DNA of 64,000 nucleotides from an uncultured Acidobacteriaceae bacterium. Lineage in GTDB: Bacteria > Acidobacteriota > Terriglobia > Terriglobales > Acidobacteriaceae. The stretch is taken from NCBI GenBank assembly GCA_963755485.1, contig CAVWJR010000002.1:12514-76513 (forward strand). Direction: 5' to 3'. Every line of letters starts with the position of its first letter. Position 1 is the first letter of the stretch. The notes beneath the pieces were generated by a model. The model made no database searches and was not told where the DNA came from. It saw only the letters and a list, made by a program, of their open reading frames with translations. Made by a program: the position numbers and the translations under genes. This document shows positions 38,186 to 45,850 of this stretch, in pieces.

Positions 38186-39987
38186 TGCCCGAGTCGCCCA
38201 TGCCGGCCTCAGCAACGACTCCCGAGATCGAGAACCCATTGTCTGCCGGATCGACGCGAGTGCCCATCTCGCCCTCGGCTCCGCCCCGCGCCAGTTCTTC
38301 ATCGACCATCGAACGGATTGCTCCCACTCGCGACGAGCGCCTCTTTCTCGTTCTCTCGATTTTCATCGGCGTCATTTCCGGCCTCCTGGTCGTCGCCTTC
38401 CGCATCGCCATCGAATGGATCCGCCTGCTGGCTCTGGGCTCGTCGCCCCACTCCGGTCAGTACCGGCTTCTCATCGTTCCCGCTGTTGCCGGTCTCGTCG
38501 TGGCCGCGCTGGTCGTCTGGTTCTTTCCAGCCGCGCGCGGCAGCGGCGTTAACCAGACCAAGGCAGCCTTATATGTCTATGACGGTTACATTTCCTTCCG
38601 TACCGTCATCGGCAAATTCATCACCGCCGCTCTGGCCATTGGCGCCGGCCACTCGCTGGGCCCCGAAGATCCATCGCTCCAGATCGGCGCCGGGGTAGCC
38701 TCCATTGTCGCCCGCAATCTCAAGCTTTCCCGGCGCCGTCTGCGTATGTTCGCTCCTATTGGCGCGGCCGCCGGGCTTGCCGCCGCCTTCAATGCCCCCA
38801 TTTCCGCCATCCTCTTCGTCATTGAAGAAGTCATTGGCAGCTGGAGCGCCGCCGTTCTCGGCTCTCTGGTGCTCTCCGCCATTTCCAGCGTCGTGGTTGT
38901 CCGCGGCTTCATGGGACCGGAACCCATGTTCCGCATTCCCTCCATCAGCTCGCCCGATCCGCGCGAGCTGATGGCGTATGCCGTCCTCGGCGTCTTTGGC
39001 GGTTTGCTCGCTCCGCTGTTTTCGCTCGTCCTCGGCTATCTGCGTCCACGCCTGCGCGCGCTCCCGCGCTGGACCCTTTTCCTTCAACCCGCCATCGCCG
39101 GACTCCTGGTAGGAGCCATCGGCTTCTTCGGGTTCCCTCAGGTCATGGGCGTTGGTTACGACGTTATCGACCAGGCCCTCCATGGCCAGTTTGTCTGGCA
39201 GCTTCTTCTGGCCCTCGTCTTCCTCAAGCTCCTGGCCACAACCCTGTCCTTCTCCAGCGGCACTCCCGGCGGCATGTTTGCTCCCACCCTGTTTATCGGA
39301 GCCATGCTCGGCGGCGCTATCGGCGCCTTCGAAAAGCACTTCTTCCCCCACCTCACCGGCACCGTCGGCGCCTACTCGCTTGTCGGCATGGGCGTCCTCT
39401 TCGCGGGATTCCTCCGCGTCCCTCTCACTTCGGTCTTCATGGTGCTCGAAATCAGCGGCAACTACTCCATCATCCTGCCTCTCATCCTTGCCAATACCAT
39501 CGCCTTTCTTCTCGCACGCAGCCTTCAGCCCGTCGGTATCTTCGAAATCTTCACCCAGCAGGATGGGCTCGACCTGCCCTCGATGGAAGAGCAGCGTGAG
39601 GAATCTGCCCTCCACATCGAAGACGCACTGCAACCCGTTTCCGTCCCCATCGTTGCAGGTGCTGATACACTCCAATCCGTTTCTCAGGCCGTCTCCGATA
39701 TGCACGCGAACGCCTGTCTCGTCCATCTTCCCGACGGTTCCTGGTACGCGATGAGCGTCGAGGAGCTCAACGGCGCTGCTGCTACCCTCACTCCCGAAAC
39801 TCCAATCCAGCGGGCGCTTAAAGCGGATCGCACCCCGCTCCTGTTCCCCGACATGGTTCTCGACTCAGCTCTCCACTTCTTCCCGCGCTGGCCGTTTCTT
39901 CCGGTTCTCAACCGCGCCAGTCGTGGCACCGTGGAAGGAATGCTCACCATCGACGATGTTCTCAGCCGCTATCGCCGCGGCGAATGA
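38182..39987 (+). CDS. ClC-family chloride channel / H+-Cl- exchanger with C-terminal CBS domains
   Basis: GSGVNQ, GHSLGPEDPSLQIGAG (a variant of GREGP), GGMFAPTLFIGAMLG and SGNYSIILPLI are present. A C-terminal CBS-like region follows. Confidence 0.88.
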   Translation: MMPESPMPASATTPEIENPLSAGSTRVPISPSAPPRASSSSTIERIAPTRDERLFLVLSIFIGVISGLLVVAFRIAIEWIRLLALGSSPHSGQYRLLIVPAVAGLVVAALVVWFFPAARGSGVNQTKAALYVYDGYISFRTVIGKFITAALAIGAGHSLGPEDPSLQIGAGVASIVARNLKLSRRRLRMFAPIGAAAGLAAAFNAPISAILFVIEEVIGSWSAAVLGSLVLSAISSVVVVRGFMGPEPMFRIPSISSPDPRELMAYAVLGVFGGLLAPLFSLVLGYLRPRLRALPRWTLFLQPAIAGLLVGAIGFFGFPQVMGVGYDVIDQALHGQFVWQLLLALVFLKLLATTLSFSSGTPGGMFAPTLFIGAMLGGAIGAFEKHFFPHLTGTVGAYSLVGMGVLFAGFLRVPLTSVFMVLEISGNYSIILPLILANTIAFLLARSLQPVGIFEIFTQQDGLDLPSMEEQREESALHIEDALQPVSVPIVAGADTLQSVSQAVSDMHANACLVHLPDGSWYAMSVEELNGAAATLTPETPIQRALKADRTPLLFPDMVLDSALHFFPRWPFLPVLNRASRGTVEGMLTIDDVLSRYRRGE

Positions 39988-40027
39988 AGCTGTCTCCCTT
40001 GCATCGTCGCGCCAGCGCCACTACTCT

Positions 40028-40056
40028 CAGGATTCAGGGTTCCCCCTGAAGTCCTG
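40028..40056 (+). other. Strong stem-loop ending 3 nt before the kinase ATG (possible ClC terminator or translational attenuator)
   Basis: CAGGATTCAGGG-ttcc-CCCTGAAgTCCTG: 12 paired positions with one bulge. No T-run follows. Confidence 0.45.
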
Positions 40057-40059
40057 CGC

Positions 40060-41874
40060 ATGCTGAGTCTCTACCAACGCCTGATTCTCGGCTGTCTTCT
40101 GCTCATCGCACTGGTCGCCACGGTCAGCCTGCTGGTGCGTACCTCCTTTGTGCGTCTCGCCGCACTCGACGCACAGGTCCGCGTTGCTGAAACTGCCGTT
40201 GCCTCTCTCGCATCCGCCCAGGGAGCCATCGCCCACGAGGAGCTCATTGCTGCGCGCCTTGCCACCGGCGACTCCACCCTTTCCGAATTTCGTGACCAGG
40301 CCGCTCACGCACAGCTTCTTCTGCGCGCCGCCACCGACGATGTCCGCGCCTTCGACCCATCCCTTCCCGTTGATCGCCTCGCCCGCGAACACGAGCGGCT
40401 CGCCCAGTACCCGCCGGCTGATGCAACCGCGCTCACCCGTTCTCTGGAAGCCCTCCATATCGAACTACGCCGCGACCTCGATCATCTCTCTACCGAGCGC
40501 TACACCGCCGTCACCTCGCTGCGCGGCCAGCAGGATCAACTTCGTGCGCGCCTGATCGCGGCCTGTGGTCTCTCCATTGCCGCGGCTGCTGTGATCTCCG
40601 CGGTGATGCTCATCCTCGTCATCGCCCCGCTTCGTCATACCGCGCGCGTGGCTCGGCGCATCGGCCAGGGCGATCTCCACCAGCGCGTCGAATGGCGATC
40701 CAAAGACGACCTGGGAACAATCGCGACTGAACTCAATCGGCTTGCCATCCGCCTTCGCGATTTGCGCGAAACCGAATCCGGCCGCCGCCAGATGGAATTC
40801 CAGCTCGCCGACGCCGTCGTTCGCTCCATCTTTGAGCCCGTTATCGTCACCGACGGCAAGGGTCAGGTGCTCAAGCTCAATCAGGCTGCCATGGAGCTTC
40901 TCGGTACTTCCACCCAGGGGCCGGAAGTCGACCGCATGGTTCTCACCAGTACCCCTGGCGGCGACAAGATCCTCAATGCCATCCGTGCCGCCGTCTCTAT
41001 GCAGCGCGCTACCACAGCGGCCGAAGGACAAGCTGCTCTGCTTCCCATGCGCATCGGCGAGGCCGAACGCAGCTACCGCCTCCGCACCACCCCCATGCGG
41101 GACAGCGAAGGCAAGCTCCTTGGCGCGGTCACACTCCTCGAAGACGTTACCGAGATCGCCGAGGTTGACCGCTTCAAGTCGCGCTTCCTCTCTGTAGCCT
41201 CCCAGAAACTCCGCGAGCCCATCCGCCGCCTGCGCCTCTCGCTTTACGCCCTCACCCACGGTCACGCCGGCGAACTGCGCCCTCTCCAGATGGAACTTGC
41301 CGCCAGCGCAGCCGAGGAGGCCGAAAGCCTCGACGATCTCATGCTCGACCTAATCGAGGTCGCCGAGCTCGAAACCGGACGCCGTCAGCTCCGCATCGAG
41401 AAAGTCCGTCCCATCGATGCTCTCCGCGATGCCCTCGTTCGCTATCGTGACGCCGCTCACGAGAAAAACATCGACATCGAACTGCTCGCATTTGAAGACC
41501 TCGCGTGGGTCCAGGCCGATCGGCGCGCGCTCCGCACCATCCTCGACAATCTCATCGGCAACGCCTTGCGGTACACACCCGGGGGCGGCCACATTCGCCT
41601 CGGCGCAACCGAGCAGCAGGAGCGCGTCCAGTTCTTTGTCTCCGATACCGGGCGCGGTATCGAGACCGAGCGCCTCTCCACCATTTTCGGCCGCTTCACC
41701 GGCGACGCAACCGGCGGCAGCACCGGGCTCGGCCTCGCCCTCGTCCGTCGTCTGGTTGAGTCTCAGAGCGGCCAGGTTTCCGTCGAAAGCCGCCTCGGCG
41801 CCGGCACAACCTTCCGCTTCACGCTTCCCATCGCCGTCGCTGAGCCGGATCGTCACCCCGTGGAGGTGGGATGA
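40060..41874 (+). CDS. Membrane sensor histidine-kinase-like protein (2 TM, HAMP, PAS, HisKA, HATPase_c) with Gln at the H-box position
   Basis: HAMP is ..APLRHTARVARRIGQGDLHQRVEW..LGTIATELNRLA. The DHp H-box reads FLSVASQKLREPI, where the family consensus is ..SHELRTPL. N-box DNLIGNALRYT, G1 SDTGRGI and G2 GGSTGLGLALV are intact. Confidence 0.85.
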   Translation: MLSLYQRLILGCLLLIALVATVSLLVRTSFVRLAALDAQVRVAETAVASLASAQGAIAHEELIAARLATGDSTLSEFRDQAAHAQLLLRAATDDVRAFDPSLPVDRLAREHERLAQYPPADATALTRSLEALHIELRRDLDHLSTERYTAVTSLRGQQDQLRARLIAACGLSIAAAAVISAVMLILVIAPLRHTARVARRIGQGDLHQRVEWRSKDDLGTIATELNRLAIRLRDLRETESGRRQMEFQLADAVVRSIFEPVIVTDGKGQVLKLNQAAMELLGTSTQGPEVDRMVLTSTPGGDKILNAIRAAVSMQRATTAAEGQAALLPMRIGEAERSYRLRTTPMRDSEGKLLGAVTLLEDVTEIAEVDRFKSRFLSVASQKLREPIRRLRLSLYALTHGHAGELRPLQMELAASAAEEAESLDDLMLDLIEVAELETGRRQLRIEKVRPIDALRDALVRYRDAAHEKNIDIELLAFEDLAWVQADRRALRTILDNLIGNALRYTPGGGHIRLGATEQQERVQFFVSDTGRGIETERLSTIFGRFTGDATGGSTGLGLALVRRLVESQSGQVSVESRLGAGTTFRFTLPIAVAEPDRHPVEVG

Positions 41875-43037
41875 GCACCCCATCCGTTCCCGCCACCGAA
41901 CCCACGCCTCTCCCGCGCGAAATCGGTCCGGTCCCTCGCGACCAGCCGGAAGCCGGACGCCTCCGCATTTATCTCGGGGCCGCTCCCGGTGTCGGCAAGA
42001 CCTACCGCATGCTCGAAGATGCCCACCTCATGCGCCGCCAGGGCATCGACATCGTCATCGGCCTCATTGAGCCCCACGGTCGTGCCGACACCGCCGCGCT
42101 GGTCGAAGGCCTCGACAAAATCCCTCTTCAGGAGATTCAGTACCGCTCCGTCACTCTCCGCGAGATGGACGTCGACGCCATCCTCGCACGCCATCCCGCC
42201 TGGTGCATCGTCGATGAGCTGGCTCACACCAACGTTCCCGGCTCTCGCAACCACAAACGCTACGAAGACGTCCGGGAGCTGCTCGACGCCGGCATCAATG
42301 TCATGACTGCCATGAACGTCCAGCACCTCGAAACGCTCAACGACGCGGTTGCCCGCTCCGCCAGCACTCAGATTCGCGAGACCGTCCCTGACAGCTTCCT
42401 GCGCCGCGCCAACGAGGTCGTCAACGTCGATATCACCATCGACGAGCTCCGCGACCGCCTCCGCCAGGGAAAAATCTACGCTGCGGAAAAAGTCGAGCAG
42501 GCTCTCGCGAACTTCTTCCGCAAGGGCAATCTCAACATGCTGCGGGAGCTGGCCCTGCGCACCACCGCCGAGCAGGTAGGCACCGCCGCCGCCGAATATC
42601 GCCGCACCCAGGGCCTCGAGCAGGCTCCCATCCCGGAAAAAGTCATGGTCTGTCTCTCTCCGCGTCCTGGTATGGAGCGCCTCGTCCGCGTCGGTGCCCG
42701 CATCGCCGGCCGTCTCGCCACCAACTGGTACGTCGTCTACGTCGAGACACCCGACACCGATCATCGTCACGGCGATCCGGAAGCCTTCGCTCGCCTCGAA
42801 GAGTACCAGCGCATGGCGCGCGACCTCGGCGCTCGCGTCGTCACCTTGCAGGATAAGAGAGTCGCCGACGCGCTCATCGAGTTTGCCCGAAAGGAAAACA
42901 TCTCCCACGTTGTCTTCGGCCAGTCCGCCCGTTCGCGCTGGGATATCCTCATGCGCGGCTCCATCATCAATCGCTTCCTCAATGACATGCGCGACACCAC
43001 CGTTCAGGTCGTCCCGATTCATAAGGAACGCAGGTAG
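41871..43037 (+). CDS. Stand-alone KdpD N-terminal sensor domain + Usp domain protein (no TM or kinase part)
   Basis: LRIYLGAAPGVGKTYRMLEDAH...DELAHTNVPGSRNHKRYEDVRELLDAGINVMTAMNVQHLESL-type KdpD-N signature, followed by a Usp-like ..KVMVCLSPRPGMERLVR... The ATG overlaps the kinase stop (ATGA). Confidence 0.85.
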   Translation: MSTPSVPATEPTPLPREIGPVPRDQPEAGRLRIYLGAAPGVGKTYRMLEDAHLMRRQGIDIVIGLIEPHGRADTAALVEGLDKIPLQEIQYRSVTLREMDVDAILARHPAWCIVDELAHTNVPGSRNHKRYEDVRELLDAGINVMTAMNVQHLETLNDAVARSASTQIRETVPDSFLRRANEVVNVDITIDELRDRLRQGKIYAAEKVEQALANFFRKGNLNMLRELALRTTAEQVGTAAAEYRRTQGLEQAPIPEKVMVCLSPRPGMERLVRVGARIAGRLATNWYVVYVETPDTDHRHGDPEAFARLEEYQRMARDLGARVVTLQDKRVADALIEFARKENISHVVFGQSARSRWDILMRGSIINRFLNDMRDTTVQVVPIHKERR

Positions 43038-43041
43038 AGGC

Positions 43042-44619
43042 ATGAATCGTGATACGATGCTCACCCGCATCGGCGCACGCCGCGAGCCCTTCGACCTCGT
43101 CATCATCGGCGGAGGCGCAACCGGCGCTGGCGTTGCCGTCGATGCCGCCAGCCGCGGCCTTGCCACCCTCCTGCTCGAACGCGAGGACTTCGGCAAAGGC
43201 ACCTCCAGCCGCAGCACCAAGCTCGTCCACGGTGGCGTGCGCTATCTCGAACAGGGCAATATCTCCCTCGTCATGGAAGCTCTGCGCGAGCGCGGCATCC
43301 TCCGCCGCAATGCTCCCCATCTCGTCCATGACGTCCCCTTCGTTGTCCCTAATTATTCCTGGTGGGAGACGCCTTTCTACGGCATTGGCCTGAAAATTTA
43401 CGACCTGCTCGCCGGCGAGTACGGATTTGGCAAATCGAGGCTCCTCTCCCGTGAAGAAACCCTGGAGCGCCTGCCCAACCTGCGCCAGGATGGGCTGCGC
43501 GGCGGCGTCATTTATCACGACGGCCAGTTCGACGATGCCCGTCTTCTCATCCATCTCCTCGCCACCGCCGTCGACCACGATGCCACAGTGCTCAACTACG
43601 CGCCCGTCGTCGAAATCACCCGAGGCAGCGATGGATTCGTCGACGGAGTTGTCGCTCTCGACACTGAATCCGGCACTCGCTTCTCCATCGCCGCAAAGGT
43701 TGTCGTCAATGCCACCGGCATGTTTACTGACGAAACTCGTCAACTAGCGGACAAGAGTGCCGCTCCGATGATGGTTCCCAGCCAGGGCATTCATCTCGTC
43801 CTCGATCGCTCATTTCTGCGCGGCAATTCCGCCATCATGGTCCCCCACACCAGCGACGGTCGCGTCCTTTTCGCGATTCCGTGGCATCGCCACACGGTCA
43901 TCGGCACCACCGATACCCCTATCGATCGGCCCTCCTACGAACCCCTCCCTTTCGACCACGAGATCGAATTCGTCCTCGAAACCGCAGGCGAATATCTCGC
44001 CCGCCCGCCTCAGCGCGAGGATGTTCTCAGTGTGTTCGTCGGAATCCGTCCGCTGGTTAAACAGACCGGCGCCTCGGCCACGACCACATCCTCCCTCTCC
44101 CGGGACCACACTATCCACATCGACGACTCCGGCCTGCTCACCATCGCCGGCGGCAAATGGACCACCTACCGCCATATGGCGGAAGACGCCGTCGACCACG
44201 CCATCACGCTCGGCCGACTGCCGGATAAACCCTGCGTCACCCGCGATCTTCGCATTCACGGCTACGCTGACGTCGACGAGTCAGACAGCCTCTGGGTCTA
44301 CGGCTCCGACGCCGCAAAAATCCGCGCCCTTGCCGAGGAGTCTCCCGATCTGGCTCGGCAACTCGATGCCGATCTTCCCGCGGTGGCCGCCGAGGTTGTC
44401 TGGGCCGCACGCGAGGAAATGGCCCGCTCCGTGGAAGACGTGCTCGCGCGTCGCACCCGCGCGCTTTTCCTCGATGCTCGTTCCGCCCTTCGCATGGCGC
44501 CCGCAGTCGCGGCGCTGCTCGCAGGCGAATTGGGCCGCGATCAGGCCTGGGCGGACACTCAGGTCGCCCGCTTCGGTAACCTCGCTGCCGGTTATCTCCT
44601 CCCTAACACCCGTCCTTAG
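43042..44619 (+). CDS. glpD: FAD-dependent glycerol-3-phosphate dehydrogenase
   Basis: MNRDTMLTRIGARREPFDLVIIGGGATGAGVAVDAASRGLATLLLEREDFGKGTSSRSTKLVHGGVRYLEQG. The start at ATG 43042 lies within track ORF 42694.., 4 nt after the KdpD-N stop. Confidence 0.9.
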   Translation: MNRDTMLTRIGARREPFDLVIIGGGATGAGVAVDAASRGLATLLLEREDFGKGTSSRSTKLVHGGVRYLEQGNISLVMEALRERGILRRNAPHLVHDVPFVVPNYSWWETPFYGIGLKIYDLLAGEYGFGKSRLLSREETLERLPNLRQDGLRGGVIYHDGQFDDARLLIHLLATAVDHDATVLNYAPVVEITRGSDGFVDGVVALDTESGTRFSIAAKVVVNATGMFTDETRQLADKSAAPMMVPSQGIHLVLDRSFLRGNSAIMVPHTSDGRVLFAIPWHRHTVIGTTDTPIDRPSYEPLPFDHEIEFVLETAGEYLARPPQREDVLSVFVGIRPLVKQTGASATTTSSLSRDHTIHIDDSGLLTIAGGKWTTYRHMAEDAVDHAITLGRLPDKPCVTRDLRIHGYADVDESDSLWVYGSDAAKIRALAEESPDLARQLDADLPAVAAEVVWAAREEMARSVEDVLARRTRALFLDARSALRMAPAVAALLAGELGRDQAWADTQVARFGNLAAGYLLPNTRP

Positions 44620-44791
44620 CGGAACATCAGTAACCCGCCCCGCATCCCGCCAAAATGTATTGTCGTTGTCATCTGTCCGGGGTATAGTTCTCCCCAAGTT
44701 CCGCACCTCAAAAGCTCTTCCGGAACCGCTGCCATCTCACTCGGATCCCCCTCTGTTCGGCAGCCAACCCACGAATCGGAAATGGAAGATT

Positions 44792-45772
44792 ATGCGCAAG
44801 ACTCTCTCGTTTCTCCTCCTCGGCTCTCTCTCCCTATTGCCGGCCGCAGCCCAGGATAAGCGCCGCGTCGCCGTCATGGACTTCGGCTACGGCACAGTCA
44901 TGACCAGCGTCCAGGCCATCTTCGGCACCAATCAGGACATCGGCAAGGGCATCTCCGACATGCTCGTCAACCAACTCATCAATGACGGCAGTTATCGCGT
45001 CTTTGAACGCGCCGCCCTCGACAAAATCGTCAACGAGCAGAATTTCTCCAACAGCAACCGCGCTGATCCGGCAACCGCCGCGAAAATCGGCGCGCTCGCC
45101 GGCGTCGACACCATCATCATTGGCGACATCACCACCTTTGGCCGCGACGACAAAAATTATGGCGGCGGTGGCGGCGGCTATGGTCTCGGAAAATATGGCG
45201 TCGGCGGCCTCGGTATCCATAAAGCCAAAGCCGTCGTCGAAATTACCGCCCGCATCGTCGACGTGAACACCGGCGAAATCCTCGCCTCCGTCACCGGCCA
45301 TGGCGAATCGAAACGCAATGGCACCGACATGCTCGGTGGCGGAGGCTCCGGCTGGAATGGCGGCGGTGGCCACCTCGACATGGGCAGCTCCAACTTCGGA
45401 CAGACCATCATCGGCGAAGCCACCAAGGCCTCTGTCGCCGACGTGGCCAACGGCCTCGATCAGAAAGCCGGATCTTTGCCGGCAGCGGCAGCTCCGCCAG
45501 TCACACCGGTGGACGGTCTCGTCGCCGATGCCTCCACTCCCGACATCATCATCAATGTCGGCGCCGGCGCTGGCGTCAAGGTCGGCGATACCCTCGCCAT
45601 CTCCCGCGTTGTGCGTACCGTCAAAGATCCGGCCACCGGCAAAGTGCTGCGCACCATCGATAACCAGGTCGGCTCGCTCACTATCACCAGCGTCGACGCC
45701 ACCTCCGCCGTCGGCCACTTCAGCGGCGCCGGCACCCCCCAGGTCGGCGACCACGTCCACCGCCCGCAATAG
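44792..45772 (+). CDS. CsgG/LpoB-like periplasmic or outer-membrane protein with a Gly-rich insert; no lipobox
   Basis: MRKTLSFLLLGSLSLLPAAAQ is the signal peptide. RVAVMDFGYG..., ISDMLVNQLINDGSYRVFERAALDKIVNEQNFSNS, GVDTIIIGDITTFG and ARIVDVNTGEIL are CsgG-family-like. The start at ATG 44792 lies within track ORF 44021... Confidence 0.7.
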   Translation: MRKTLSFLLLGSLSLLPAAAQDKRRVAVMDFGYGTVMTSVQAIFGTNQDIGKGISDMLVNQLINDGSYRVFERAALDKIVNEQNFSNSNRADPATAAKIGALAGVDTIIIGDITTFGRDDKNYGGGGGGYGLGKYGVGGLGIHKAKAVVEITARIVDVNTGEILASVTGHGESKRNGTDMLGGGGSGWNGGGGHLDMGSSNFGQTIIGEATKASVADVANGLDQKAGSLPAAAAPPVTPVDGLVADASTPDIIINVGAGAGVKVGDTLAISRVVRTVKDPATGKVLRTIDNQVGSLTITSVDATSAVGHFSGAGTPQVGDHVHRPQ

Positions 45773-45794
45773 CGCGTGCCTTCCCAAAACACCA

Positions 45795-45818
45795 GGGGCG
45801 ACCTCTAAAGGTCGCCTC
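45795..45818. terminator. Stem-loop between the convergent CsgG-like gene and bcsC
   Basis: GGGGCGACC-tctaaa-GGTCGCCTC, a 9-bp stem including one G-U pair, followed by GTTCATTTCTG. Confidence 0.6.
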
Positions 45819-45850
45819 GTTCATTTCTGCAATTCAGCCATTGCCGCGCA

